Shown: one piece after another, positions 27,876 through 37,951 of the stretch
Layout of the letters: each line of letters starts with the position of its first letter
How positions within the stretch are numbered: position 1 is the stretch's first letter
Assembly: GCA_043751985.1 (NCBI GenBank)
Contig: JAYUZG010000010.1
Span: 1 to 56,314, forward strand
Length of the DNA: 56,314 nucleotides
Source: Betaproteobacteria bacterium
GTDB lineage: Bacteria; Pseudomonadota; Gammaproteobacteria; Burkholderiales; JAYUZG01
Direction of reading: 5' to 3'
The notes under the pieces: generated by a model
Databases searched by the model: none
What the model was told of the DNA's origin: nothing
What the model saw: the letters and a program-made list of their open reading frames with translations, nothing else
Made by a program: the position numbers and the translations under genes

Positions 27876-28797
27876 TGATTCGAACTGGGAACGCACGGCG
27901 ATCGAACGCCTGGCGCAAAATGCGCTCACGGAACAACGCAAGTCCCGCCAATGGGGTATTGTTTTCAAACTGCTCACGTTTCTTTATTTGTTCATCGTGC
28001 TGTTTATTTTTCTGGGTTGGTTGGGACGCAAGGACACTGCCTTCTCCGGAGCGCACACCGCCTTGGTGGAACTCAACGGCGTCATTGCCAGCGACGCTCC
28101 GGCGAACGCCGACGACATCGTTAGCGCACTGCAAGAAGCGTTTAAGGACACGCACACCAAGGGCGTTATCCTGCGTATCAACAGCCCAGGCGGCAGCCCA
28201 GTCCAGGCCGGAATTATCAACGATGAGGTGCGCCGCCAACGCGGGTTGCATCCGGATATTCCTCTGTATTCGGTGGTAGAAGATATTTGTGCCTCCGGTG
28301 GATACTACGTAGCCGTCGCCGCGGACCAGATCTACGTCGACAAGGCCAGTCTGGTCGGCTCCATCGGCGTACTGATGGATGGCTTCGGCTTCACCGGCAC
28401 CATGCAGAAACTGGGAGTCGAACGCCGTTTGCTGACCGCGGGAGAAAACAAGGGATTTCTGGATCCCTTCTCACCGACGACCCCAGCGCACCGCGAATAC
28501 GCCAAGCAGATGTTAGGAGAAATCCATCGGCAATTTATCGACGTAGTGAAACGCGGCCGAGGCGACCGGCTCAAACACACCACGACAATTTTCTCCGGTC
28601 TAATTTGGACGGGTGAACGCAGTATCGAGCTGGGTCTCGCCGATGCACTTGGCAGCGTGGACTACGTCGCGCGCGAAGTGATCAAGGCTGAGCACATCGT
28701 GGATTTCACCCCGAAAGAAAATATCGCGCAAAAGCTGGCGCGGAAATTTGGAGCGAGCCTCGGCAGTAGCGTACTGCAAGGCACCGGCATTAGGTAG
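27856..28797 (+). CDS. sppA: Signal peptide peptidase SppA, 36K type (peptidase S49)
   Basis: N-terminal transmembrane segment, then 'GVILRINSPGGSPVQAG', 'ICASGGYYVAVAADQIY' and 'GSIGV'. Confidence 0.85.
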   Translation: MEINPSNDSNWERTAIERLAQNALTEQRKSRQWGIVFKLLTFLYLFIVLFIFLGWLGRKDTAFSGAHTALVELNGVIASDAPANADDIVSALQEAFKDTHTKGVILRINSPGGSPVQAGIINDEVRRQRGLHPDIPLYSVVEDICASGGYYVAVAADQIYVDKASLVGSIGVLMDGFGFTGTMQKLGVERRLLTAGENKGFLDPFSPTTPAHREYAKQMLGEIHRQFIDVVKRGRGDRLKHTTTIFSGLIWTGERSIELGLADALGSVDYVAREVIKAEHIVDFTPKENIAQKLARKFGASLGSSVLQGTGIR

Positions 28798-29503
28798 CGG
28801 CCAGGAGGAGAAATACCGTCGGACGCCGATCCACTTCCATGCGGTGATGGCGCCAATCGCCGATGGTGCGCGTCAGGGTGAATTCGGTCGCGGCAGTCAA
28901 GTCCGTCGCGAGGCACAATGAAGTAGTGGTAGCGCAGCTCGCCAGGATGCTCTCCAGCATGGCGCTATTCCGGTACGGCGCTTCGATGAAGATTTGCGTC
29001 TCCCGATTTCGTTTGGAGCGTTGCTCCAGTTCCTTGAGCTTGGCTTCGCGCTCTGCCGGGCGTTGCGGGAGATAGCCATGAAAGGCGAAGTGCTGGCCGT
29101 CCAAACCGGATGCCATCAGAGCGAGCACGATCGCGGAGGGACCGATCAGCGGCGCGACCTTGATTCCCGTCTTGTGCGCGAGGGCAACCAAGTCCGCCCC
29201 GGGATCTGCCACGCCGGGACATCCCGCTTCCGACATCAGCCCGATGTCCTGCCCAGCCTCCGCGGGCGCAAGCAACGAGGGTAAATCCTTCGGCAGGGAG
29301 TGTTCGTTCAAAACATGAATAGTTGCGTCCTGCAGCGGAAATGCCGCATCGAGTTGGCGCAACCACACGCGCGCGGACTTGGCATTTTCCGCAACGAAGT
29401 GACGTAGCCTGAGCACAAGTTCCCGGGTTCCCGGTGGTGTTTGGGCGCTCGGTAAGTGCGTCGACAATGCGACCGGGACCAGATATAGCGTTCCCTTTTT
29501 CAT
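28790..29503 (-). CDS. Tetrapyrrole-methylase-fold (TP_methylase, RsmI-like) SAM-dependent methyltransferase
   Basis: 'GTLYLVPVAL' start, 'SEAGCPGVADPGADLV' and 'GPSAIVLALMASGL' resemble the RsmI/YraL-type fold. Conserved position next to maf. Confidence 0.7.
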   Translation of the reverse strand: MKKGTLYLVPVALSTHLPSAQTPPGTRELVLRLRHFVAENAKSARVWLRQLDAAFPLQDATIHVLNEHSLPKDLPSLLAPAEAGQDIGLMSEAGCPGVADPGADLVALAHKTGIKVAPLIGPSAIVLALMASGLDGQHFAFHGYLPQRPAEREAKLKELEQRSKRNRETQIFIEAPYRNSAMLESILASCATTTSLCLATDLTAATEFTLTRTIGDWRHHRMEVDRRPTVFLLLAAT

Positions 29504-29506
29504 CGG

Positions 29507-30109
29507 TCAGTTCTCGCAGTCTACGGTGAGAGGATCAACACCTTCGGCTCGCAGCATCGCGGACAACACGATGAGCGGCAACCCGATCAGTGCCGTCGGG
29601 TCGGTGCTCCTGATCTCTTCCATAAGCGCGATACCGAGACCCTCTGCCCGCGCACTCCCAGCACAATCGTAGGCGGCTTCCTTGCGCAAGTAGGACTCTA
29701 TCTGACGTGCAGACAGCGTTCGAAAGCGCACCTGCGTGGGCGTGAGCGCGCATTGCAAGCTTTCAGTGGCGGAATTCAGCAATGCGACTGCGCTGTGAAA
29801 GGTCACCGCCTTGCCGCTGGCAAACCGCAACTGCGCTACCGCGGCACTGTGTCGCATCGGTTTGTCCAGGCGTTGGCCTTCGCAAACTGCTACTTGATCC
29901 GACCCGATGATAAGAGCATCCGGGAACCTGGGCGCAATCGAGCGGGCTTTCGCTTCCGCCAGTCGCAACGCGGTTGCGATGGGTGTTTCAGCCGGAAGCG
30001 GCGCCTCGTCCACGTCGGGGTTGGCGCATTCGAACAAAATCGTGAGACGGCTGAGCAGCTCTTTTCGGTAACGTGAGGTGGAGGCGAGTACGAGGCGAGA
30101 TGGTTTCAT
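29507..30109 (-). CDS. maf: Maf-family nucleoside triphosphate pyrophosphatase (YceF-like)
   Basis: 'LVLASTSRYRKELL', 'IGSDQV' and 'AYDCAGSARAEGLGIALMEEI' are present. Divergent from yceD-rpmF, as in E. coli. Confidence 0.85.
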   Translation of the reverse strand: MKPSRLVLASTSRYRKELLSRLTILFECANPDVDEAPLPAETPIATALRLAEAKARSIAPRFPDALIIGSDQVAVCEGQRLDKPMRHSAAVAQLRFASGKAVTFHSAVALLNSATESLQCALTPTQVRFRTLSARQIESYLRKEAAYDCAGSARAEGLGIALMEEIRSTDPTALIGLPLIVLSAMLRAEGVDPLTVDCEN

Positions 30110-30115
30110 TTTTCT

Positions 30116-30144
30116 TTGACAAAGACATGTGAAAACAATACTAT
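30116..30144 (+). promoter_or_regulatory. Near-consensus sigma-70 promoter for yceD-rpmF-plsX-fab
   Basis: TTGACA (30116-30121), a 17-nt spacer, then TACTAT (30139-30144). The yceD ATG is at 30154. Confidence 0.5.
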
Positions 30145-30153
30145 GCCGCCCCT

Positions 30154-30642
30154 ATGTTGGAGCGGGTCGTCATCGATTCTTTGTGGTTTGCGCAAGCGCG
30201 CGAAAGCCTTGGTCTCGAGGTTTCTCTTGCCGAGCTTCCCAGGGTCAGCACGATGCTGCGAAGGACGGATGGTGCGGTGGAAATTTCTCTTCGCGGCATC
30301 ATGGTTGCGCGAGGTCAGTTAGGACTCGAATTGGAATTAGCCGCAAGCTTACCCATGGCTTGCCAGCGTTGCCTCGGTGAGATTCTATTTCCGCTGCGGC
30401 ACCAACGTCGATTTTGCCTCGCGGACAATGTTCCCGACAACGTTGCCGACGAGGATGCGGAAGTGGATTGCATCTCGGCCAGTCGGGAGTTGGACGTGCT
30501 GCATCTGGTTGAAGAAGAAATTTTGCTGTGTCTTCCATTGGCACCAACGCATGAAGACAAGGATTGCGCAGCGGCAGTCGACTCACTCCGAACGCGGCAG
30601 GAGCTATCGCCGTTCGCAGGCCTAAATCGGCGACATCAGTAG
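30154..30642 (+). CDS. yceD: YceD (DUF177) large-subunit ribosomal RNA accumulation protein
   Basis: 'CQRCLGEI' is present with an acidic C-terminal half. Conserved position upstream of rpmF. Confidence 0.8.
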   Translation: MLERVVIDSLWFAQARESLGLEVSLAELPRVSTMLRRTDGAVEISLRGIMVARGQLGLELELAASLPMACQRCLGEILFPLRHQRRFCLADNVPDNVADEDAEVDCISASRELDVLHLVEEEILLCLPLAPTHEDKDCAAAVDSLRTRQELSPFAGLNRRHQ

Positions 30643-30674
30643 GCAGTTTAAACTTTTCCAAGGAGTGTTTTGAT

Positions 30675-30854
30675 ATGGCTGTTCAGCAAAATAAGAAATC
30701 ACCTTCCAAGCGCGGGATGCATCGTTCGCATGATTTTTTGACCAATCCGCCATTGGCGGTTGAGCCAACAACCGGTGAGGTGCACTTGCGCCACCACATC
30801 AGCCCAAACGGATTTTATCGCGGCAAAGAAGTGGTCAAAGCGAAGAGCGAGTAG
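30675..30854 (+). CDS. rpmF: 50S ribosomal protein L32
   Basis: '[20 protein letters not shown]' is the canonical L32 N-terminus. AGGAG ribosome-binding site upstream. Confidence 0.96.
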   Translation: MAVQQNKKSPSKRGMHRSHDFLTNPPLAVEPTTGEVHLRHHISPNGFYRGKEVVKAKSE

Positions 30855-30899
30855 TTTTTCGCTCAAACTATCACCGCTCGCGGCGGGCGGTGGATTCAA

Positions 30900-30929
30900 A
30901 GTTCCCCGGCATGGCCGTGGCGGGGAACT
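30900..30929 (+). terminator. Perfect 9-bp hairpin between rpmF and plsX (possible attenuator)
   Basis: AGTTCCCCG (30900-30908), a 12-nt loop, then CGGGGAACT (30921-30929). No strong U-tract follows. Confidence 0.3.
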
Positions 30930-30992
30930 CCTTCAGTTACGGTTGCCGACAGTTGCGTCTGTGCGTTCGGCCACTTTCCCATCGCGTTGGTC

Positions 30993-32009
30993 ATGGAAAC
31001 TACAGTAGCGCTTGATTGTATGGGTGGCGATCACGGTGTACACGTGACGGTTCCGGCTGCGCTGAGATTTCTGGCCGAGAACCGAGACGTCGATGTGATT
31101 TTGGTAGGGCTGCGAGACGCTATCGAAGCCGAACTCAAAGCGCATCGAGCCACCACCGGTCCGCACTTGCGTGTTCACCACGCGAGCCAAGTCGTCGCGA
31201 TGGACGAGCCGCCGGCGGCAGCACTGCGAGGCAAACGCAATTCGTCGATGCGCGTCGCCATCGATTTGGTGCGTTCAGGCGAAGCAGATGCCTGCGTCAG
31301 CGCTGGAAATACTGGGGCGTTGATGGCGATGTCTCGATTTGTGCTAAAAATGCTACCCGGCGTCGAGCGCCCCGCCATCGCATCCGTGCTGCCCACCACG
31401 ACCGGACACACTTTAATGCTCGACCTCGGCGCAAACGTGGACTGCACGCCGGAAAATCTGCTGCAGTTTGGCGTGATGGGCGCGGCCCTGGTGAGCGCAG
31501 TCGATCACATCGAGCGGCCTTCGATTGGATTGCTGAATATCGGGCAAGAAGAAATCAAGGGTAACGAGGTAGCCAAGCGGGCGAGCGAGCTTTTGAAGTC
31601 GAGCGGACTGAACTTCTTCGGGAATGTTGAAGGGGATGACATTTACAAGGGCACGACCGACGTGGTGGTGTGCGACGGATTCGTAGGCAATGTCGCGCTG
31701 AAAACGTCCGAGGGTCTGGCGCGCATGCTGCGTGGCTATTTGCGCAGCGAATTCGAGCGCAATTTCCTCACCAAGCTGTCAGCCTTGTTTGCGTTGCCGG
31801 CAATCAAGGCGTTCCAGCGTCGCGTCGATCCGCGACGCTATAACGGTGCGACGCTGATTGGTCTAAAAGGAATAGTCGTCAAGAGCCATGGCTCGGCTGA
31901 TCAAATGGCGTTTCGATTTGCAGTCGAGCGCGCCTATCAAGAAGCACGCAACGGAGTGCTGCGGCAGATCGAGGAACGGATGGCAACGCTACCGGTAGGA
32001 GGCGTTTGA
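30993..32009 (+). CDS. plsX: Phosphate acyltransferase PlsX
   Basis: '[11 protein letters not shown]', '[10 protein letters not shown]' and '[13 protein letters not shown]' are present. Confidence 0.93.
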   Translation: METTVALDCMGGDHGVHVTVPAALRFLAENRDVDVILVGLRDAIEAELKAHRATTGPHLRVHHASQVVAMDEPPAAALRGKRNSSMRVAIDLVRSGEADACVSAGNTGALMAMSRFVLKMLPGVERPAIASVLPTTTGHTLMLDLGANVDCTPENLLQFGVMGAALVSAVDHIERPSIGLLNIGQEEIKGNEVAKRASELLKSSGLNFFGNVEGDDIYKGTTDVVVCDGFVGNVALKTSEGLARMLRGYLRSEFERNFLTKLSALFALPAIKAFQRRVDPRRYNGATLIGLKGIVVKSHGSADQMAFRFAVERAYQEARNGVLRQIEERMATLPVGGV

Positions 32010-32965
32010 TGTTCGCGCGGGTCATTGGTTCAGGGAGCTACCTGCCGAGCAACATCGTCCGCAACGTCGATCTGGAGAAGACGGTCGAGACTTCGGACGA
32101 ATGGATCTTTACCCGAACCGGAATTCGCCAACGGCACATCGCGGCGGACCATCAAACTGCGAGCGACTTGGCTCTGGAAGCTTCCCGTGAGGCTCTCGCA
32201 CACGCCGGTATCAGCGCAGAACAACTCGACCTTATCGTGGTGGCGACCACCACCCCTGACATGGTTTTCCCGAGCACCGCGTGCATTTTGCAGTCGAAGC
32301 TCGGTGTCTCCGGTTGCGCCGCGTTCGACGTGCAAGCCGTGTGCAGCGGCTTCGTCTATGCCTTGTCAACCGCGGAATTGTATGTTCGCGCCAGTCGTGC
32401 CAAATATGCTTTGGTAGTCGGCGCCGAAATCTATTCGCGAATCCTCGACTGGGCGGACCGTTCAACCTGCGTCCTGTTCGGCGACGGTGCCGCGGCAGTG
32501 GTGCTGGCGCAAAGCACGGAGCCCGGCATCATCGCGTCCAAGTTGCACGCGGACGGGCGATTCAAAGATACGCTGTCGGTTCCCGGCACGGTTCGCGGTG
32601 GAGGAATAGACGGGCGGCCGTTGTTGCAAATGGATGGCAATACGGTGTTCAAATTTGCGGTAAAAGTTCTGGAAGAAGTCGGTAACGAAGTGTTGGCGGA
32701 CGCGCAGATGGACGCGTCACAGGTAGATTGGTTTATTCCTCATCAGGCCAACGTGCGCATCATCCAGGCATCGGCAAAGAAACTCGGAATCCCGATGGAA
32801 AAGGTGATCGTGACGGTAGGCCAGCACGGGAATACTTCGGCGGCGTCGATTCCGCTCGCGCTGGACCAAGCGATCAAGGATGGACGGATTCAAAGCGGCC
32901 ATCATTTGTTGCTTGAGGGCGTAGGTGGTGGATTTACCTGGGGCGCAATTCTGATGAGGTGGTAA
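32009..32965 (+). CDS. fabH: 3-oxoacyl-ACP synthase III
   Basis: '[16 protein letters not shown]', active-site '[11 protein letters not shown]', 'IPHQANVRI' and '[12 protein letters not shown]' are present. The start overlaps the plsX stop (TGATG). Confidence 0.93.
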   Translation: MFARVIGSGSYLPSNIVRNVDLEKTVETSDEWIFTRTGIRQRHIAADHQTASDLALEASREALAHAGISAEQLDLIVVATTTPDMVFPSTACILQSKLGVSGCAAFDVQAVCSGFVYALSTAELYVRASRAKYALVVGAEIYSRILDWADRSTCVLFGDGAAAVVLAQSTEPGIIASKLHADGRFKDTLSVPGTVRGGGIDGRPLLQMDGNTVFKFAVKVLEEVGNEVLADAQMDASQVDWFIPHQANVRIIQASAKKLGIPMEKVIVTVGQHGNTSAASIPLALDQAIKDGRIQSGHHLLLEGVGGGFTWGAILMRW

Positions 32966-32969
32966 TCGA

Positions 32970-33920
32970 GTGAGCAAATTTGCGTTTACGTTTCCAGGGC
33001 AGGGTTCCCAATCGGTAGGAATGATGCGAGCCTACGCCGGGCTGCCGGAAATTGAATCGACCTTCCGGCTCGCCTCGCAGGTCTTGGGCGAGGACTTGTG
33101 GGAGTTGGTGGAACAAGGGCCGGCCGACGTCCTCAGCGACACCACGCGCACGCAGCCATTGATGTTGACGGCGGGAATCGCCGTGTATCGCGCGTGGATA
33201 GCGCGCGGTGGGCCAGCGCCGGTGTTGGTCGCCGGCCACAGCCTGGGCGAGTACAGCGCACTGGTTGCGGCTGGCGCGCTGGATTTCGCCGAAGCGGTCG
33301 AGTTGGTACGCTTCCGCGCGCAGTGCATGCAAGCCGCCGTGCCGCCAGGCACCGGCGCGATTGCCGCGATTCTCGGTCTCCGTGACGAGGTAGTTCGTGC
33401 GCTGTGCGCAGAGTCGAGCACCGCGGACGAGGTGGTAGAGGCGGCAAACTACAATTCCCCCGCGCAAGTGGTGGTTGCCGGAAACCGGGGCGCGGTCGAG
33501 CGCGCGATGGCTCTTGCGAAGACTCGAGGCGCCAAGCGCGCGGTGTTGTTACCGATGAGTGTGCCATCTCATTGCAGCTTGATGCGCGACGCGGGAGTGC
33601 AGTTACGCGAACGGCTTACTCAAACCAAACTACGCATGCCATCGATCCCGCTTCTGCACAACGCGGACGTCAAGGTCGCGGAAAACATAGGCGTCCTGAA
33701 AGACGCGCTGGAGCGGCAATTGTCCGCGCCGGTACGCTGGGTGGAGACGGTAAGGCGAATGGTCGATCAAGGCGTGACCGTGACTATTGAATGCGGTCCA
33801 GGCAAAGTGCTGCAAGGTTTGAATAAACGCATCGCCGGTGACGTCACGCATCTTTCCTTGAGCGATGGGGCGGCGTTCGAAGCCGCGCTCGAGCAGATCC
33901 GGCAAGGTGCGCATGCATGA
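32970..33920 (+). CDS. fabD: Malonyl-CoA:ACP transacylase
   Basis: 'FTFPGQGSQSVGM', 'GHSLGEYSALVAAG' and 'VPSHCSLM' are present. GTG start. Confidence 0.93.
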   Translation: MSKFAFTFPGQGSQSVGMMRAYAGLPEIESTFRLASQVLGEDLWELVEQGPADVLSDTTRTQPLMLTAGIAVYRAWIARGGPAPVLVAGHSLGEYSALVAAGALDFAEAVELVRFRAQCMQAAVPPGTGAIAAILGLRDEVVRALCAESSTADEVVEAANYNSPAQVVVAGNRGAVERAMALAKTRGAKRAVLLPMSVPSHCSLMRDAGVQLRERLTQTKLRMPSIPLLHNADVKVAENIGVLKDALERQLSAPVRWVETVRRMVDQGVTVTIECGPGKVLQGLNKRIAGDVTHLSLSDGAAFEAALEQIRQGAHA

Positions 33921-34651
33921 ACGAAAAGCGAGTGGCTTTGATCACCGGAGCGAGCCGCGGCATCGGCAAGGCAATCGCGTTGTCGCTAGCCGAACACGTG
34001 GTGATAGGGACGGCCACCAGCCAGGCCGGGGCGGATGATATCTCCGCGTACTTGCGGCAAGGCGGAGTAAGTGGCGCGGGCATGGTGCTCGACGTGAATC
34101 AAACAACTTCGATTGCCGCGGTGATTTCGGCAATTGAGAGTCAGTTTGGCGCGATTGCCGTGTTGGTCAACAACGCGGGGGTCACGCGAGACAATTTGGT
34201 GCTGCGCATGAAGGAAGAAGAATGGGACAGCATTCTTGAAACCGACTTAAAATCGGTGTTCCGGCTGAGCAAGCAAGTGTTGCGTGGAATGATGAAACTT
34301 CGATTCGGACGTATCGTGAATGTAACTTCGGTCGTTGGATTTATCGGTAATGCCGGACAAGCAAATTATGCATCCGCCAAGGCAGGCATTGTCGGTTTCA
34401 GCAAATCGTTGGCGCGAGAAGTCGCGTCACGCAACATCACGGTGAACTGCGTCGCGCCGGGATTCATTGATACCGACATGACGCGTACTTTGGTGGCCGC
34501 GCAGCGCGACGCGTTGCTTTCGCTGGTGCCGCTCGGTCGCCTGGGTGCGCCAGAGGAGATTGCAGCGGCGGTACGCTTTCTGATATCGGACGGCGCTGCG
34601 TATATCACAGGTAGCACGCTGCATGTGAACGGCGGCATGCTAATGGATTGA
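33917..34651 (+). CDS. fabG: 3-oxoacyl-ACP reductase
   Basis: 'ALITGASRGIGKAIA', 'NNAGVTRD', 'YASAKAG' and 'LHVNGGMLM' are present. ATGA overlap with fabD. Confidence 0.93.
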   Translation: MNEKRVALITGASRGIGKAIALSLAEHVVIGTATSQAGADDISAYLRQGGVSGAGMVLDVNQTTSIAAVISAIESQFGAIAVLVNNAGVTRDNLVLRMKEEEWDSILETDLKSVFRLSKQVLRGMMKLRFGRIVNVTSVVGFIGNAGQANYASAKAGIVGFSKSLAREVASRNITVNCVAPGFIDTDMTRTLVAAQRDALLSLVPLGRLGAPEEIAAAVRFLISDGAAYITGSTLHVNGGMLMD

Positions 34652-34766
34652 AGTTGTGGGCCCGCCAATTTGATAGAATTCGGCCGCCGCTGCATTTGAG
34701 GCTGGTAATCTCGCCACGCCGAATGAGCGACGTAGACCAAGATGCACGCTAGGGAAGGGGAACCTG

Positions 34767-35003
34767 ATGGAATCCGTAGAACAACGCGTTAAGAAGATCG
34801 TTGCCGAACAACTGGGCGTCAACGAGGCTGATGTAAAAATTGAGTCAACCTTTGTGGACGATCTGGGTGCCGATTCGCTTGACACCGTCGAATTGGTCAT
34901 GGCACTGGAGGAAGAATTCGAGTGCGAGATTCCCGATGAAGAAGCAGAAAAAATAACCTCTGTGCAGCAGGCCGTGGACTATATCAAGGCGCATCTCGGA
35001 TAA
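34767..35003 (+). CDS. acpP: Acyl carrier protein
   Basis: '[20 protein letters not shown]' carries the phosphopantetheine serine. Confidence 0.97.
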   Translation: MESVEQRVKKIVAEQLGVNEADVKIESTFVDDLGADSLDTVELVMALEEEFECEIPDEEAEKITSVQQAVDYIKAHLG

Positions 35004-35026
35004 ATCAGGTCCGGTCTGGAGTCGCG

Positions 35027-36265
35027 TTGCAAAAACGCCGAGTTGTCGTTACCGGCTTGGGCATCGTTTGTCCGGTTGGTAATAGCGTAAATGAAGCATG
35101 GTCACGCTTGATCGCCGGTGAATCCGGTATCGCTCTCATCACCCGCTTTGACGCATCTCTGTTTCCGTCAAGAATTGCAGGTGAAGTCAAAAATTTCAAT
35201 ATTGATCAAGTGCTGCCGCCCAAGGATGCGCGGCGCATGGATCGATTTATTCATTTCGGCCTGGCCGCTGGGATCGAGGCGCTAAAAGATTCCGGACTCA
35301 AGGTGACGCCGGAGAACGCTGAGCGAATCGGTACCTTTATCGGGTCGGGAATCGGCGGGCTGCCACTGATTGAGGATACCCACCAGATCTACAGCGACGG
35401 CGGGCCGAGAAAAATTTCTCCGTTCTTTATTCCCGGTTCAATCATCAACATGGTGGCCGGCAATTTGTCGATCATGTTTGGCCTCAAAGGACCAAGCCTG
35501 GCAATGGTAACGGCATGCACTACGGCGACACATTGCATTGGTGATGCCGCGCGCTTGATCGAATATGGCGACGCCGATGTCATGGTCGCGGGCGGAACCG
35601 AGGCGGCCATATCTCCGCTCGGATTGGGTGGCTTCTGCGCGGCGCGCGCGCTGAGCACGCGCAACGACGATCCCGCAAGCGCTAGCCGCCCGTGGGACAA
35701 GGACCGCGATGGATTCGTGTTGGGAGAGGGGGCCGGCGTCATCGTGGTCGAGGAAATGGAGCACGCGAAAGCGCGCGGGGCGAATATTTACTGCGAAATT
35801 TCCGGCTACGGTATGAGCGCGGACGCACATCACATTACCGCCCCGTGCGAAGACGGCGAAGGCGCGGCGCGCTGCATGTTGAACGCGCTCAAGAATGCGC
35901 GAGTGAACAAGGATGAAGTAGATTACATAAACGCGCACGGGACCTCGACTCCGCTAGGCGATCTGGCGGAGACGGTCGCGTTGAAACGATGCTTGGGTGA
36001 CCACGCCAGAAGAATTGCGGTGAGTTCCACCAAATCGAGCGTGGGTCATCTTCTCGGCGCGGCGGGCGGGGTCGAGGCGGTGTTCTCGGCGCTGGCGATC
36101 AAGCACGGCATTGCGCCACCGACGATTAATCTGATCAATGCGGATCCGCAGTGCGATCTTGACTACGTTCCCAATACCGCGCGCGACATGAAAATTCGCG
36201 TTGCGATATCCAACTCTTTTGGCTTTGGGGGAACCAATGGATCCCTCGTGTTCCGCGCGGTCTGA
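35027..36265 (+). CDS. fabF: 3-oxoacyl-ACP synthase II
   Basis: 'RRVVVTGLG', active-site 'ACTTATHCIGDA', 'INAHGTSTPLGD' and 'KSSVGHLLGAAG' are present. TTG start with GGAG 7 nt upstream. Confidence 0.93.
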   Translation: MQKRRVVVTGLGIVCPVGNSVNEAWSRLIAGESGIALITRFDASLFPSRIAGEVKNFNIDQVLPPKDARRMDRFIHFGLAAGIEALKDSGLKVTPENAERIGTFIGSGIGGLPLIEDTHQIYSDGGPRKISPFFIPGSIINMVAGNLSIMFGLKGPSLAMVTACTTATHCIGDAARLIEYGDADVMVAGGTEAAISPLGLGGFCAARALSTRNDDPASASRPWDKDRDGFVLGEGAGVIVVEEMEHAKARGANIYCEISGYGMSADAHHITAPCEDGEGAARCMLNALKNARVNKDEVDYINAHGTSTPLGDLAETVALKRCLGDHARRIAVSSTKSSVGHLLGAAGGVEAVFSALAIKHGIAPPTINLINADPQCDLDYVPNTARDMKIRVAISNSFGFGGTNGSLVFRAV

Positions 36266-36277
36266 GACCCCTACCCG

Positions 36278-37333
36278 TTGCCGGTGAGTTCGCCGATCGA
36301 CCGTAAGCATGGCTCAAGGCAATCGCGCGCGAAGTCGCGTGGTCTGTCGTTCAGACTGAAATCGGTATGGTGGCTAGCGGTCGCGGTGGGCCTGATGGGT
36401 GCAAGTATCCTGAGCTACCTGTGCTTCGTTCCGATTGATATTCCCGGCGAGGCTCGAACTTTCACCATACGGCAGGGCAGTTCACTACACGAGGTCGCGC
36501 GGCAGTTGTCGGCGCGGGGAATCATCCACGACCCGTGGTCGTTCCTGATCCTCGCGCGTATCCGCACCGACGCTGGCAATATCAAGGCTGGCGCCTATTC
36601 AGTCGAGAGCCGGTCGACCAGCGCGGCGATTCTCACCAAGATCACTCGTGGCGATTTCTCGCGCACTGAAATTCGCGTCACCGAAGGCTGGACATTCCGA
36701 CAGATGCGACACGAGCTGGATCAGAATCCGTCTCTGCGACATGACACGCTGGGAATTTCGGACAGGGAGCTCATGGCGCAAATCGACCCCGCAGTAACGC
36801 ACCCGGAAGGGATGTTCTTCCCCGCAACGTATTTTTTTGCCGCGGGGACCAGTGACCTCACGATTCTCAGGCAAGCGTACCAGGCGATGCAAAGCCGACT
36901 AAACACCCTGTGGCGGAAGAGGCGGCCGGGCTTGCCGTTGGCGTCGCCGTATGAGGCGCTGATCTTGGCCTCGATCGTGGAAAAAGAGACCGGCCGCGAG
37001 TCCGATCGTGCAATGATTGCATCAGTTTTGGTGAACCGCCTGAAACGCGGCATGCGGCTGCAATCGGACCCCACCGTCATTTACGGCATGGGGTTGGCTT
37101 TTGACGGAAATTTACGCAAGCAGGACTTGCTCGCCGACCAGAAGTACAACTCGTATACCCGTGCAGGACTGCCACCTACTCCAATTGCGTTGCCGGGAGA
37201 GGCGGCGCTTGCCGCGGCAATGAATCCGGAGTTGAGCAAGGCGTTGTACTTTGTCGCACGCGGCGACGGGAGTTCGGTTTTTTCACAGACCCTTGATGAG
37301 CATAACCACGCGGTCAACAAGTATCAGAAATAG
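36278..37333 (+). CDS. mltG: Endolytic murein transglycosylase MltG (YceG family)
   Basis: N-terminal transmembrane segment, then 'ASIVEKETG', 'LQSDPTVIYG', 'YNSYTRAGLPPTPIALPG'. Start codon uncertain (TTG 36278 or GTG 36284). Confidence 0.85.
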   Translation: MPVSSPIDRKHGSRQSRAKSRGLSFRLKSVWWLAVAVGLMGASILSYLCFVPIDIPGEARTFTIRQGSSLHEVARQLSARGIIHDPWSFLILARIRTDAGNIKAGAYSVESRSTSAAILTKITRGDFSRTEIRVTEGWTFRQMRHELDQNPSLRHDTLGISDRELMAQIDPAVTHPEGMFFPATYFFAAGTSDLTILRQAYQAMQSRLNTLWRKRRPGLPLASPYEALILASIVEKETGRESDRAMIASVLVNRLKRGMRLQSDPTVIYGMGLAFDGNLRKQDLLADQKYNSYTRAGLPPTPIALPGEAALAAAMNPELSKALYFVARGDGSSVFSQTLDEHNHAVNKYQK

Positions 37334-37339
37334 TGCGCG

Positions 37340-37951
37340 ATGCCCGGAAAATTCATCACTTTTGAAGGAATCGACGGCGCAGGCAAGAGCACCCATCTTG
37401 CCACGGCGGCCGACGTTCTGCGCGAGCGCGCCATTCCATGCCGGTTGACCCGTGAACCGGGCGGCACGCCGTGTGGAGAGAAGATTCGTCAGTTGCTGCT
37501 CGACCCGCATTCACAATTGCATCCGGACACCGAGACCTTGTTGATGTTCGCGGCTCGTCAACAGCACTTTGCGGAGGTTGTTATGCCGTCGTTGCAAGCA
37601 GGGACTTGGGTGATCTGTGATCGTTTTACCGATGCGACTTATGCTTATCAGGGCGCGGGCAAAGGCGTCGCGATGGGCAAAATCGCGGCCCTTGAAAATT
37701 GGGTGCACCCAGGGTTCTCCCCCGACCTTACCTTGTGTTTTGATTTGCCCGCAGCCGCCGCAGCATCTCGAATTGATACAACCAGGGTGCGCGATCGGTT
37801 CGAACTGGAGACCGCGGGCTTTCATGAGCGCGTGCGCACGGAATATTTGCGACGAGCGGCCGAATTTCCTGATCGCTTCCGCGTCATTGATGCCGGCATG
37901 TCTCTGGTACAAGTCACCCAAGTCGTTCGTGACTTGATCGCACGCCTGTGA
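37340..37951 (+). CDS. tmk: Thymidylate kinase
   Basis: 'FITFEGIDGAGKST', 'TREPGGT' and 'DRFTDATYAYQG' are present. Confidence 0.93.
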   Translation: MPGKFITFEGIDGAGKSTHLATAADVLRERAIPCRLTREPGGTPCGEKIRQLLLDPHSQLHPDTETLLMFAARQQHFAEVVMPSLQAGTWVICDRFTDATYAYQGAGKGVAMGKIAALENWVHPGFSPDLTLCFDLPAAAAASRIDTTRVRDRFELETAGFHERVRTEYLRRAAEFPDRFRVIDAGMSLVQVTQVVRDLIARL

